From the human T2T-CHM13v2.0 reference genome, Homo sapiens, in the NCBI RefSeq assembly GCF_009914755.1, contig NC_060932.1: a DNA stretch of 64,000 nt; one strand, 5' to 3'. The notes under the pieces are model-generated. The model was not told the DNA's origin and searched no databases. It saw only the letters and a program-made list of their open reading frames with translations. Positions 44,699 to 58,100 of this stretch are shown here, piece by piece; the stretch's first letter is position 1; each line of letters opens with the position of its first letter. Both the position numbers and the translations under genes were made by a program.

Positions 44699-44989
44699 GC
44701 TAGGTGAATGGCACTATCACACTCCCAGGCTAGAAACACATTTAATTAGGCAGTAGATCCTGACAGTGCCTATGATAAAATTTTTATGTGCATTCTTGTA
44801 GTTTATTGGGTGCTTTCTAGGTGTAGACATTTTCTTTCTCCACTTCTTTCTCCTCTCAGCTTTTTTTTTGGACAAAGAATCGTAGCCTGGAGCTAAAAGT
44901 ACATTGGTCTTAGCTGTTTTGTGCCTTAAGCCAAGAAGGAGGAATCCTGAGTTCTGTATGGCAGGTTCCTTCATGGGTACTCAACCTGG

Positions 44990-45345
44990 GAAATTTCCTG
45001 CTGATCTGTGGTGTAGGTATTGTTATTCTCAATTTCTAGATAGGCAGGATGGCCTAGATAACTAGCAGGGCCAGCATACAACAAAATGTGGGGACCCTTG
45101 TTCAAAATTATTAAGAATTTTAAGGTGGCAATGGCAAAGCATTAAACCAAGGCAAGTGCCCTTCAAAGCTCAGCATCCTATGCGATCGTGAAGATGTCAG
45201 GATCATGAAGCTGGCCCCAGATATAGGTAAAGTGTTGTTTAAATAAGTTGAGTGACTTGCCTAAGGTCACACATTCAGTGAAGGGCAGAGTAAATCTTGG
45301 AATCTGTGCTTTTCTGACTCCAAAGCCAATATTCTTTCTACTGGA
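44990..45345 (-). mobile_element. MIR SINE interrupted by MER45A
   Basis: gtaggtattgttattctcaattt | gttgagtgacttgcctaaggtcacac...tctgactccaaagcc. Confidence 0.7.
45045..45219 (-). mobile_element. MER45A-like hAT-Tip100 element
   Basis: aaaatgtggggacccttgttcaaaattattaagaattttaag...gcattaaaccaag...catgaagctggccc. Confidence 0.8.
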
Positions 45346-47499
45346 CCTCTTTGCCCCCTTCTAGTAGGAAAAACAATTGACAAACTTTCTTCTTTTGTTA
45401 TCCTACAGCCTAAAAGCTTTTCAGATAAGTATATTGCTTATATTAGTTGGAACTTATTTTCTCATCAAGATCTGGTTATAATTGTCCTAATCCTAAACTG
45501 TATAGGATTTGCCAGATCTTTCCTGGTTTGTACAGTTCCCAAACTTGCTTCCTCATATTTCCTTCTGCCTCCAGGTGTCAGTGTCTATACAGGAAACCCA
45601 ATATACCAATCTCCCACAAATCATGAATTTGTGAACCCAAACATTAAGAGTAGTTAGAGGAATTAAATGATTTAGAACATGTAGTGGACTTGGTGTAGTA
45701 CCTGCCTGGCACATGGTAAATGCTTAACAGGTATTAGCTATTATTATTGGTAATTAATATCTAGCGATCAAATCTCAGGCTACTAGACTTCCACCATGTC
45801 TGCTTCTGTGAGCCCTTTTCCGTGGTCCCCTTCATTCTTGGGCTCAACAGAGCATCTTTCCTTTGACTAGTGCAGGGCAGGCTTATCCCATTTCACTCTT
45901 GCATCCATTAAATTATTTCTCCCAAGTAAACCTAGTTTCCTTGCTAAGAAAATTTCAGCTGAATAAAACACTTTTCATTTTATTACTCATGACACATCTC
46001 CCCTGTGCCCAGAAAATAAGTGGGAAAAAGATCCCAACAATACACAGATAATTTTTCTCCCTTGAAATTTTTTTTCCAGAGTAATCCTTTTTAATTTTTC
46101 TTGAGCTAACCTGCATTTACATCAGCTAAATTACCAAATGTCAAAAATTTAATTTACTATTATGTACATTTATAAGATGATACTACTGTACTGGCCACCC
46201 TCAGTAAAGCCTGAGTTTCCTTTTTCACTGAGTATGATTAATTTATATCATTTATTAACATTACATTAATTTACATCATTTCTTTTACAATTTCTCATTT
46301 GCTTTTTCTTTTGAAGAAATTTTGAAATCCATTGATAGCCATAGCCAATGCAGCAATAGCACTCAAATTTAATACATGCTTACTGTTGGCAATTTGAAAA
46401 TCCAGAAAGTAAAAATTAAAACTGCACTTAACCATTTTACTAAAAGAATTTCACTGTTCACATTATTGAGTATGGCCTTTCCAGTGTTTTTTTTTTAATG
46501 TATTATATTGTACTGTATGTTGTAGAAAAAGGATATTTTAAAATCATGGTGAATTAGCTCTAGGAAGAATCTACCTAATCAGATTCCCGGTGGAAGTAGG
46601 TGAGATTTTTGTTTCCTTGTATCCTCAATTTACTTGCTTTTTAATACATCTTTTTAGTAGTTGTTAAATATTTTATTCAGATTTTAAATAAGTGTGTGTA
46701 TAGTTAAACATTTAGTTGATAAATCAACTATTATCACATATTTAGATAAACGTTTCTCAAAATATGATTGGTTTATCAGAAAAACATATTTCTGATTAGT
46801 AGTTTAACATGGTCATATTCAACAATAGCATAAAATTGCAGAAGATTCATTAAAATGTTTATGTACTTTTAATACCCTCTAACTTTCCCTGCTTTTCCTA
46901 TGTCAGCAGAATGGCTTCCTTCATGGTCCTGGAAAAATGCTCAGAATGTGTGACTTAACAGTGACTCAGGCATTTTAGTTCAGCTCAGATAGTATTCATT
47001 CCTTGATGGATAAAAACAAAAGAAAAAGCTATTCTTTGGCTAAATAACACAATCCTCTCTATTATTCCAGTCTCTACAGATTGCTTGAAAAGTGCAGCAT
47101 ATTTGGAATTGCTTTCCTAAGAATTAAGCATGAACAAACAAGCCCACACCATTCTACAAAAAAGTTCTGATGGTGTGTAGCAGGTCAAGAAGCAAAAGCA
47201 GAGGAGGCCAAGGGAAAGGTTAGAGAGGGAGAGAGGAGAGGATTCCTGGGGTCTCCTATGGGCATGTCCTGACTTCAGAAGCCCTTTCAGGACACAGACA
47301 TAACTGTCTTTTCTAACTGAGTATCTTAAATAGGCCCCTCCTTTCTCTTTCCTTTGTTTCCCTAGGTCTATGACTTTTCTATGCCATCAATAGCAACATC
47401 ACTATCATTACAATAATATGTATAACTATATCCACTATTTATTTAGCTATTTACAATCTCTAAATGTCATATATTTAAATTACCTTATAACTAACATTA

Positions 47500-47740
47500 G
47501 TATTGTTTAAGAAACATTTCTTGAGTATTTATTATGTGCCAGAAACATATTATTTCAGATTTATTATCTCATACAGTCCTTAGAATTATTTAATTAGGTG
47601 GTTAATCTTATTTTCCTCATTTTACAGGTAAAGAGACTGAGACTTAAAGAGGCAAATTATATTTCCCAAGATCATATGCCAAGTAATTGGCAGAACAGAG
47701 AACCAAACCAGAATTGCTTATTTGATTCTATGTTCTTAAA
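47500..47740 (-). mobile_element. MIR SINE
   Basis: cctcattttacaggtaaagagactgagacttaaagagg...tttcccaagatcata. Confidence 0.75.
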
Positions 47741-47829
47741 TGTTTATGAAACTGAAAAAAAGTGTAAATTGTGTGATAATGGATTGCACAAATAAGTATG
47801 AACAGATGCATTCTAGATGCATTAACATC

Positions 47830-48120
47830 TATATGCATTAACAAACATTTACTGAAGGTTTCCGTCTGCTACCAAGCACTAAGCTACAAGGAGGGAAACA
47901 CAAAGATTAAGAAAATATGTACTTTGGAGCTCTCTCTGTCAAAAAGATGGGGAAACTCTCCTCAATGATATGTTAAACTTCCTTCAAATCAGCCAACTTT
48001 TATTGAATATCCACAAAATACAAGATACTGTGCTAGACATTGTGAGAAATACAAAAATACGTAAGAAACAGTCTTTCCTCTAGGAAGCTTGCAGTAAGAT
48101 GAGAACTGAATTCTCAAGGC
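47830..48120 (-). mobile_element. L2 3' end fragments
   Basis: aacaaacatttactgaagg...caagcactaagcta; tttattgaatatcc...actgtgctagacattgtgaga...aggaagcttgcagt. Confidence 0.6.
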
Positions 48121-48699
48121 TGCCTAGTATAAGTACCTAGACGAAGTACATGGTCCTATGAATTAAACACAGAGGGAAAGAAAACTTTTTTCTTGAAGAG
48201 TTCAGCCAGTGTGTAGCTGTGCTTCTACAGTGAATCACCAAAAATGTACAGGAAATAAGGCTGACAGTAATTCTTTCAATTTACCAAAGCCATAAATTAT
48301 GAGTGATTTTAGTATAGTGCAAGCAATATAAGTCACTCTCCTTAAAGGATGAACTAAAACTACCAGAGTGGTCCAGGATCTGAGAAACACAAATAATCAA
48401 AGGGATATAGTTGTTTTTGGTACAATGACGGTTACTATTAGTGGAACATAAGGCCTTAAAGGAGAATACCAAGAAACCCAGCAGTGCATCCTTTGAAAGG
48501 TCCAAGGGGTATGATAAGGTGAAGCTTATTGTTCAGTAAGGTATATTGTATGCTAATCCTATTTGGGACTTTTAAAATAGAAGACAATGCTTTAAACTTG
48601 AAGAAGATAAACAGGATAAATAGAATAATAATGACTTGTATAGTATATGGTAAACATATAGATCTTGTTGTCCCAGAAATCTGTAATGTCAAGAAACTA

Positions 48700-48880
48700 T
48701 GTAGAACAGTGGTTAAGAACCTGAGTCAGATAAAGCCTGGAGCCTGGGATGGTTTGTGTAACTTACTATGTGATTTGGGACAAACAACTATGTCTTTCGG
48801 AGACTCAGTTGTTGTTGTCGTTTAATCTGAAAAGTTTAGAAAATAACACTCAGCCTATGGGCTCACGATGAGGCAATGGA
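48700..48880 (+). mobile_element. MIR SINE
   Basis: cagtggttaagaacctgagtcagataaagcctgg...acttactatgtgatttgggacaa. Confidence 0.7.
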
Positions 48881-49048
48881 GGAAAATGGTTAAGTGCAGA
48901 GCTTCCCCTTTCCTTCTCCTTTTCTTGCCCTTCTTTAAATCCCAGCTCAGTGGGTTTTGTTACTTTGGGTAAACAATGATACTTTTATGTTCTTTGGTAT
49001 CATCCACTATTAAATAGTAGAGTTGACCTCATACAGTTTGGAAGGGTG

Positions 49049-51800
49049 ATGAGGCCACATCATCTTGATACCAAAATCAGGCAGAGACACTATATTAAAA
49101 AAAAGAAAACTAAAGGGCAATATCCTTGATGACCATAGATGCATAAATCCTCAACAAAATACTAGCAAACTGAACCCAGCAGCACATCAAAAAGTTAATC
49201 CACCAAGATCAAGTAGGCTTTATCCCTGGGATGCAAGGTTGGTTCAACATACGCAAATCAATAAATGTGATTCATCACGTAAACAAAACTGAAGACCCAA
49301 ACCACATGATTATCTCAATAGATACCAAAAAGGCTTTCAATAAAATTCAACATCCTTTCATGTTAAAAACCCTCAATAAACTAGACACTGAAGGAACATA
49401 CTTCAAAATAATAAGAGCCATCTATGACAAACCCACAGCCAACATCGTACTGAGTGGGTGAAAGCTGCAAGCATTCCCCTTGAAAACAGGAACAAGGCAA
49501 GGATGCCCTCTCTCACCACTCCTATTTAACATAGTATTGGAATTTCTGGCCAGAGCAGTTGGGCAAGAGAAAGAAATAAAAGGCATCCAAATAAGAAGAA
49601 AGGAACTCAAACTATCCTTGTTTGCAGATGACATGATTCTACACCGAGAAAACCCCACAGTCTCTACCCCAAAACTCCTTCAGCAACTTCAGCAAAGATT
49701 CAGGCAGGGTACAAAATCAATGTGCAAAAACAGTGGCATTCCTATACCCTAACATCATCCAAGCCAAGAACCAAATCAGGAGCACAATCCTATTCACAAC
49801 TGCCACAAAAATAATAAAATACCTAGGAATACAGCTAAGCAGGGAGGTGAAAGATCTCTACAATGAGAATTACAAAGCACTGCTCAAAGAAATCAGAGAT
49901 GATACAAACAAATGGAAGAACATTTTATGTTCATGAATAGGAAGAATCAATATCATTAAACTGGCCATACTGTCTGGGTGCAGTGTCTCACACCTGTAAT
50001 CCTAGCACTTTGGGAGGCCAAGGCAGGCGGATCACTTGAAGCCAGGAGTTTAAGACCAGCCTGGCCAACATGGTGAAACCCTGTCTTTACTAAATATACA
50101 AAAATTAGCCATGCATGGTAGTGTGCACATGTAATCCCAGCTACTCGGGAGGCTGAGGCATGAGAATCACTTGAGCCCAGGAGGTGGAGGTTAGTGAGCT
50201 GAGACCATGCCACTCCACTCCAGCCTAGGTGACAGAGGGAAACTGTGTTTCAAAAAAAAAAAAAAAAAAGGCCATGCTGCCCAAAGTAATGTATAGATTC
50301 AATGTTATTTCTATCAAGCTGCCAGTGACATTATTTACAGAACTAGAAAAAACTGTTCTAAAACTCATATGGAATCAAAAAAGAGCCTGAGTAGGCCAGT
50401 CAATCCTAAGCAAAATAACAAAGACAGAGGAATCAGATTGCCTGACTTTGAAGTGTACTATAAGGCTACAGTAACCAAAATAGCATGGTACTAGTATGAA
50501 AAAAGACACATAGACCAGAAATAAAGCCACACATCTACAACCATCCGATTTTTGACAAAGCTAACAAAAACAAGCAATGGGGAAAAACTCTCTATTCAAT
50601 AAATGGTGCTAGGGTAACTGGCTAGCCATATACAGAATATTGAAACTGGACTCCTTCCTTACATCATATACAAAAATCAACTCAAGATGGATTAAAGACC
50701 TAGGAAGTACCATTTTGGACACAGGAACTGGCAAAGACTTCATGACAAAAATGCTAAAAGCAATTGCAACAAAAGGAACAATCGACAAATGAGACCTAAT
50801 TCAAGAGCTTCTGTACAGCAAAAGAAACCACCAACAAGTAAACAGGCAACCTACAGAAAGGAAGAAAATATTTGCAAACTATACATCTGACAAACATCTC
50901 ATATCCAGAATGTACAAGGACCTTAAACAAACATACAAACAAAAAATAACCCCACTAAAAAGTGGGCAGAGGACATGAACAGACACTTTTCAAAAGAAGA
51001 CATGCATGCAGCCAATAAGTATGTAAAAAATCTCAATATCACTGATAATCAGAGAAATGCAAATCAAAACAACAATGTGATACCGTCTCACACCAGTCAG
51101 AATGGCTATTATTAAAAAGTAAAAACATAACAGGTGCTGGAGAAAAGGGAACAGTTACACACTGCTGGTGAGAATGTAAATTAGTTCAAATATCATGGAA
51201 AGTAGTCTGACAATTCCTTAAAAAGCTAAAAACAGAACTACCATTCGATCCACAATCCCATTACTGGACATATACCCAAAGGAATGTAAATCGTTCTACC
51301 ATAAAGACACATGAACATGTATGTTCATTACAGCACTATTCACAGTAGCAAAGACATGGAATCAACCTAAATGCCCATCAGTGGAAGATTGGATAGAGAA
51401 AATGTGGTACATATACACCATAGAATTCTATGAGGCCATAAAAAAGAATGAGATCATGTCCTTTGCAGGAACAGGATGGAGCTGGAGACCATTATCCTTG
51501 TGAACTAATGCAAGAACAGAAAACGAAATACCTCATGCTCTCACTTATAAGTGGAAGCTAAATAATGAGAACACATGGGCAGAAAGAGGGAAACAACAGA
51601 CATTATGGCCTACTTGAGGAAGGAGGATGGGAGGAGAGAGAGGTTCAGAACAAACTCCACAAAACCGTTGAGTACTATACTTAGTATCCGGGTGACAAAA
51701 TAATCTGTACATCAAACCCCCGAGTCATGAGTTTACCTATATAATCAAACATGCACATGTATTCCTGAACCTAAAATAAAAGTTAAAATATTAAAAAAAA
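49049..51800 (+). mobile_element. L1 (L1PA14/15/PREC2-like), ~2.4 kb 5'-truncated, decayed ORF2 RT domain to poly(A)
   Basis: Peptides [44 protein letters not shown] (RT motif) and [10 protein letters not shown], with many frameshifts and stops. The 3'UTR ends aataaaagttaaaa. Confidence 0.95.
49972..50269 (+). mobile_element. AluS (Sz/Sx-like) inserted in L1 ORF2
   Basis: Alu dimer with an A tail. Near-TSD ggccatactg / ggccatgctg, and L1 sequence resumes afterwards. Confidence 0.94.
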
Positions 51801-52058
51801 GAATATGGGGGGATTACTTAATGAGCTAATGTGTACAATGTGCTTTCAGCAAGTGCTGGATATCACTTAGCTATTATCATCACAGGATTGCTGTGAAGAT
51901 TAAAAAAAATAATTTTCAACAAAGTGCTTAACACATCGCTTGGTATAGAGTAACTACTAAATACATAAAAGTTATTATTGCTATTTTAAAATTCCATAAA
52001 TAGACTCAAGTAGTGCTTTTATTAAAGTTAGAATACATTCCTGAGCAACTAACACTGA

Positions 52059-52215
52059 TTGGCTTCTCTGTCTCTTTGACATACCCCTATTAATATAGAG
52101 GTTATTTTAATCACTGTTTTTCTCTTACCTCTGACATTACAAATCCATGGTTCTTTTTACCAGAGAAGGTATTAGAAATCAAGATTTGGGTGTTGGGTGT
52201 TTTGCATTAAATTTT
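52059..52215 (+). repeat. Dispersed direct repeat, copy 1 (duplicate of 54661-54823; L1MC-derived)
   Basis: ttggcttctctgtc...gacatacccctatta...cagagaaggtattagaaatcaagatttgggtgt...tgcatt(a/g)aatttt is present at both sites. Confidence 0.95.
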
Positions 52216-52380
52216 AGTAAATTTTTTGAAAGTATTTTTCATTACCAATGTCATGTCTAAAACATAATATATGGTTGGATGATCAAACTAAGCATAGCAT
52301 TTCTAATATTTTGCCCCTGCACTTTACACAATCTAATCTGGAATTATATCTACATCATCTTTCACGTGAGCATGGCTTCC

Positions 52381-52696
<316 letters not shown>

Positions 52697-53221
52697 TGGC
52701 TTCCCTTACTCCTGGAATTCACCTTAACAGATGATCAATGAACCATGTGTATTAAGTACCTGTTGTCTACCGAACACTACACATTCTGCTTTCCTGGAGC
52801 TTGTAGCCTTGTGAGAAAGGGTATTAAATAATTTCCTTATCCTCCTCCAACAAAAACATGCTATAAAAAAGAAGTAGAAGAGGCTGGGGACCAACCCTGG
52901 GAGACCTAACCTCATCTGAAGAGTCTGTGAAAGCTTCTCTGCAAATGTAAAGTTAAATTTGAAACCTGACCCATGAGATGGTTGAAAGTCCTGCAGACAG
53001 AGGGGAGAGTGCTGATGCAGGGAAAGGACCTGGCGTAAACTTCATTTTTATCAAAGTACAGACATTCTCCAGACCTGTCTCACACTCCTGGGGGAAACAT
53101 CTCTGGGATTCATATTTTGTTGCAGATGCTTCCTTTATTTTCCAAATCCTCCTAGAGACAACTCCCGAAACACCACTTTTACTTGTCCTCTTCTTTCTCC
53201 ACTTGATTTGCATTGAATTTT

Positions 53222-54810
53222 TAAACAGACTTTATTTTTTAGGTTTACATTTAGATTAGTTTTAGATTTGTAGAAAAATTGAGAAGATATCATAGTTTCC
53301 ATATGTCCATATGTCCTACACCCAGTTTCTCCTATTACTAACAGCTTACATTATTAGTAGTATGGTACCCTTGTTACAATTAATGCATTGATATTGATAG
53401 ATGATCATTAATTAAAATTCATACTATATTCAGATTTCCTTAGTTTTTACTCAGTGTCCTTCTTCTGTTCCAGGATGCCATCCAGGATTCCATAGCACAT
53501 TTTAGTTGTCTTAAGCTCCTCTTGACCGGGACAGTTTCTGCAACCTTTTTTGCTTTCAATGACCTTAACGGTTTTGAAGAGAATTGGTCAGGTGCTTTGT
53601 GGAATGCCTTTCTTTGGAATTTATCTGTGTTTTTTCCTCAAGATAGAACTGGAGTTAATGTGTTTTGGGGAGAAACACTATAGAAGTAGCATTAGTCAGT
53701 GTTCTCCAGAGGGACAGAACTAATAGGATACATATATACATGAAAGGAGCTTATTAAAGAGAATTGATTCACGTGATCACAAGGTGAAGTACACAATAGG
53801 CCGCCTGCAAGCTGGGGAAGAAAGAAGCCAGTGGTGGATCAGTCTGAGTCCAAAAGCCTCAAAAGTAGGGAAGACAACAGTGCAGCCTTCAGTCTGTGGC
53901 CAAAGGCCCCAGAGTCCCGGAAAGCCACTGGTGTAAGTTCAAGAATCCAAAGGCTGAAAAACCTGGAGTTTGATGTCCAAGGGCTGAAAGCATCCAGCAC
54001 CTGAGAAAGATGAAAGCCGGAAGACTCAGCAAGCCAACTTATCCCACCTTCTTCCTCCTGCTTTGTTCTAGCCCTACAGGCAGCTGATTGGATGGTGTCT
54101 ACCCACATTGAGGGTGGGTTTTCCTCTCCCAGTCCACTGACTCAAATGTTAACCTTCTCTGGCAACACCCTCATAGACACACCCAGAAACAATGCTTTGC
54201 CAGCTACCAGCTGTCTAGGTATCCTTCAATCCAATCAAGTTGACACCTAATATTAACCATCACGGAGGTAAAGTGCCATTTTCACCACATCATATCAGAG
54301 GGTATGCTGATAGCATCAACATAACATCACTGTTGATAATGACTTTGATCCTGGCTATGATAGTATTTGCCAGTTTTCTCCATTGTAAAGTTACTAGATT
54401 TTGCCCTTTCCATAGTGTATTCTTTGGAAGGAAGTCACTGTGTGCAGCACAAACCAAGGTAGTGGAGAGTTATGTGCCCCCTTCTTGAGGGCAGAGTATC
54501 TATGTAAATTATTTGGAATTCTTCTGCATTTATTAATAGAGAGTTTATTTATATCAGTATGAATTCATGGATATTTATTTTACACTTTGGGTCATAATCC
54601 AGTAAAAATCTCTTTATTTCTTTTTTCAAATTATACATCTTGGCCATTAGAAACTTTCAGTTGGCTTCTCTGTCTTTTCGACATACCCCTATTAGTATAG
54701 GTTTTGGTTTTTTTTAATCACTGTTTTTTTCTTACCTCTGGCATTACAAATTCCTGGTTCCTTTTTATCAGAGAAGGTATTAGAAATCAAGATTTGGGTG
54801 TCGGGTGTTC
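53222..54810 (-). mobile_element. L1MC3-like 3'UTR fragment, interrupted by an MLT2 LTR
   Basis: ttcagatttccttagtttttac...tctgttccaggatgccatccagga...gaggtaaagtgccattt, with 13-bp TSD tgcattgaatttt (53209-53221, 54811-54823). Confidence 0.85.
53688..54264 (-). mobile_element. MLT2A2/MLT2B1-like ERVL solo LTR
   Basis: attagtcagtgttctccagagggacagaactaatagga...caagttgacacctaatattaaccatcac, with 5-bp near-TSD gaagt/gaggt. Confidence 0.9.
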
Positions 54811-54823
54811 TGCATTGAATTTT
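54661..54823 (+). repeat. Dispersed direct repeat, copy 2 (L1MC end plus TSD)
   Basis: Aligns co-linearly with 52059-52215, with scattered substitutions and small indels. Confidence 0.95.
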
Positions 54824-57019
54824 CATAAGCTCCAGCTAGCATCCTCATGAAAATAGTTGCAGGTCCAAGTGCAGAAAGCATAAAAGAAAGCAGAGCTGTC
54901 TTAATAGAAATCAGGCAAGGAGCCTAAAATAAATGTCATAAGCCTATCTACTCTTTTCCATTGTTGTTTGGTTGGTGTTAGTGGTGGAGCTTTGTGGACA
55001 GAAGCTTGTGTCCTTTTTACCCCAAATCAAGAGTTCCATGCCAAAGACCAGAGGGTGTGAAATTTCCATGGATATTCACTAGAGTGTTCAGATAGGATGA
55101 GAAACACAATCTAGGTAAGATAAAGCAGTTAGATGCAAAAATCAAGGGACCAATCCAGAGAACATGGGTCACAGAAAGAACTATGAAATTGAGGTCGAAA
55201 ATGAAATTTTAAGGTATAAAAAGAGAAATACCAGAGCTGAAAATGCTACGTGTTATACTGAAATAAAGAGTGATCTGAAGAGGAAGAATGAATGAGAAAA
55301 CAAAAGGATGAGATGTTAGAGTAAGTACAGAATGAGTCAAATAAGGACATTTTGAAAACCATGTAGGGGGAGAGAGTGGTGAAATTAGAACCCTCTCAGC
55401 AATGCAGGATCTGTTGTCTAGTTAGGTTAACCTATTGATATGGGGAATGAGTAAGAAAAATCCAGCTGGTAGATGGGAGGGAAGGAGGAGCCTAGAAAAC
55501 TCATAGCGTGGGCAAGACTACTACAGGTTCATGGACAAATTATGTTTTTTGGACTAGTGATATTTGCACACAATCTTCAAAGCTAAAGTTAACGTTTTAA
55601 TAGACGTCTGTCTCCGTTGAATTTAGATAATAATGCTGCAATTTCTTTTCTAACACATACTGTATTTATGGCTTTGTAGCACTTACCCAGTAGAGACATG
55701 GGATGTATTTACTGAGGTTGCTGAAGCTTTTCAGTAATGAACGAGCTCCATTAAATAATTATTTCTCAAACTTGAGTTTATAGAAGTACAGTCTTTGAGA
55801 ATTTGCTGTCATCCCTATATTCTTAACTGTAAATGTTTTGTGTGAAAAGACATTTTTAATTGGTAGGTACTACATCACACACTTTTTTAAAATTCGGATT
55901 TCTGTGAACTCTCAGGGTTTGTGTTTTCTGTGCAGCAGCACAGTCATTATAAATGACTCTTCTTGCACTTGATGCACTGACAAATATCAGTTTTCAGCCC
56001 CCAGAGAAATTTAGCAGATTTGTATTTCCTAATTTGGAAGAAACAGCTTACAAGTTACGATAGCATGTATCTGTCAAGAAAAATTCCAGGCTCAGGTTTT
56101 CACTTTTCTTTTGCAGTGAACATTAGAAGTCAAGACACTGGCTCACCAAAGCAGGCCAAGTGACCTACAGCTGCCAGTGGTATACCTCTACATCCAGAGA
56201 GTTTAAGCATTTGGGCTGTGCCATCACTGGAGTCTTGCCGAGGATTTTTGGTTTGGTTTGCAGTTTGGACTGTTTTCACACAGACTCTGGCATAGAATAT
56301 TGCTTTGTTGATGGCAGGGCATATAGAGCTAACTCTGGCTCCTGTTAATTTTTGTCATGTAGGAGACGACGCTAGCATGTAATTTTGATATGAAGAATAT
56401 TGACTGGCAAACTTCCTCACTTGGCACCATACTGTTTACACTTGTAAATAATTAGAAAAAAATGTTAAGGTAACAAAGTTAGTACTGTATTGGGAATTGA
56501 TGGGTTCTTGGTCTTGCTGACTTCAAGAATGAAGCTGCGGACCCTCATGGTGAGTGTTACAGTTCTTAAAGATGGTGTGTCTGGAGTTTGTTCCTTCAGA
56601 TGTTCAGATGTGTCCGGAGTTTCTTCCTTCTGGTGGGTTCATGGTCTTGCTGACTTCAGGAGTGAAGCTGCAGACCTTCATGGTGATTGTTACAGCTCTT
56701 AAACGTGGCATGTATGGAGTTGTTCATTGCTTCTGGTGGGTTCATGGTCTCACTGGCTTCAGGAGTGAAGCTGCAGACCTTCACAGTGAGTGTTACAGCT
56801 CACAAAGGCAGCATGTCTGGAGTTGTTCCTTCCTTCCAGTGGGTTTGTGGTCTTGCTGGCCTCAGGAGTGAAGCTGCAGACCTTTGAGGTGAGTGTTACA
56901 GCCCTTAAAGGCGGTGCAGACTCAGAGTAAGCAGCACCAAGATTTATTGTGAAGGGCAAAACAACAAAGCTACCTTACTGCAGAAGGAGACCCGCCAAAG
57001 CTGCAGCTGCTGGCTTGGG

Positions 57020-57145
57020 TAGCCTGCTTTTATTGCCTTATTTGGTCCCACCCACATCCTATTGATTGGTCCATTTTACAGAGAGCTGATTGGTCTGTTT
57101 TACAGAGAGCTGATTGGTCCGTTTTGGCAGAGTGCTGATTGGTGC
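57020..57145 (-). promoter_or_regulatory. LTR12 core promoter: four CCAAT (NF-Y) boxes and an AATAAAA TATA-like box
   Basis: attgg at 57065, 57089, 57113 and 57138 (~24-bp period) and ttttatt at 57028-57034. This is the known ERV9 LTR promoter layout. Activity is not shown. Confidence 0.7.
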
Positions 57146-57229
57146 GTTTACAAACGTTTAGCTAGACAGAAAAGTTCACCAAGTCCCCACCCCACCCAGA
57201 AGCCCAGACAGCTTCACCTCTCACTGTGT

Positions 57230-57612
57230 TCGCCACGACGCTTTGCGGCACTTAGCCCGGGCACTCTGGCAGCCCAGAGGGAGCTGGTCCCCGGATCAAG
57301 CCCAGCAGGCGCCGTCGGGCCGCACCGAGTGGGCGGCCCGCGGAGCCCGCATCCACCTGGAGCCCGCACTGGCCCGTGAGCGCCGCATACAGCCCGGGCT
57401 CCCGCCCGCGCCTCTCCCTTCACACCTCCCCGGGAGCAGAGGGAGCCGGCTCCGGCCTCGGCCAGCCCCAGAGAGGGCCGCCCCCCACCAGCGCAGCAGC
57501 GGGCTGAAGGGCTCCTCGAGCTTGGCGAGAGCGGATGCCGAGGCCGAGGATGCGCCAGAGGGGATGCCGACGCCGAGAAGGTGCCGCGAGCCAGCGAGGG
57601 CTGCTAGCACGT
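57230..57612. promoter_or_regulatory. CpG-island-like segment (LTR12 U3)
   Basis: The only GC- and CpG-dense stretch in the window, e.g. ggcgccgtcgggccgcaccgagtgggcggcccgcgg. Confidence 0.75.
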
Positions 57613-57934
57613 TGTCACCTCTCAGTACCACTAGAAAAAAGGGTGACAATTTGGATGTGATTTTTACTTGCAAAGAGTGAGAAGATAAAGATTTAAGTGC
57701 TTAAATTTAAATTGAACCCTTCTTTATTATGTTAGATATTAGAAACTTGTATTTAATAATTGTGAGAAAATAAGTTCTACTGCTAGATTTGCTATAATAA
57801 AAAATGTTAATTTTAGAGCTACGGAAAGATAATTCAGTCCATTTTCCTGATTATGAGTAAGACAGCATGACTCCATTTTTGTATTCTTTCTTTCATTATT
57901 AGGAGAACCTTTGATAATAATAACCATAAAATAG

Positions 57935-58100
57935 TTAATATAGCAACAGCTGACCTTTATTGAAAATTTACTGGGTACAATGCATTGTGCTAAGCTCTAA
58001 ACATGGATCATTTTACTTAATACTCTCAACAACATCTTGGTGTATATAATATTATTGTGCGGAGTTTTGGCATCTTGTCCAAGGTCTCCTAGCCACAAGG
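57935..58100 (-). mobile_element. MIR SINE
   Basis: tttattgaaaatttactggg...gcattgtgctaagctct...cttgtccaaggtc. Confidence 0.6.

Larger units (their letters stand above)
56486..57624 (-). mobile_element. LTR12 (D/E-like; HERV9/ERV9) solo LTR
   Basis: The reverse complement begins tgagaggtgacaacgtgctagcagccctcgct. It has U5 tandem units caggagtgaagctgcagacc and an exact 4-bp TSD gtac (56482-56485, 57625-57628). Confidence 0.96.

Noticed and set aside
55930-55970. cagcagcac (miR-15/16-like seed) within a small hairpin agtcatt-ata-aatgact
   Set aside because: The hairpin is only ~40 nt with a large internal mismatch, too short for a pre-miRNA.
56495-56905. Regularly spaced repeats resembling a CRISPR array
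   Set aside because: They are the known ~100-120-bp U5 tandem units of LTR12. The intervening sequences are similar to each other rather than unique spacers, there are no cas genes, and the DNA is eukaryotic.
57214-57680. Overlapping 125-145-aa GC-rich ORFs
   Set aside because: They are stop-poor because of high GC in the LTR12 U3, and the Arg/Pro/Ala-rich peptides show no domain.
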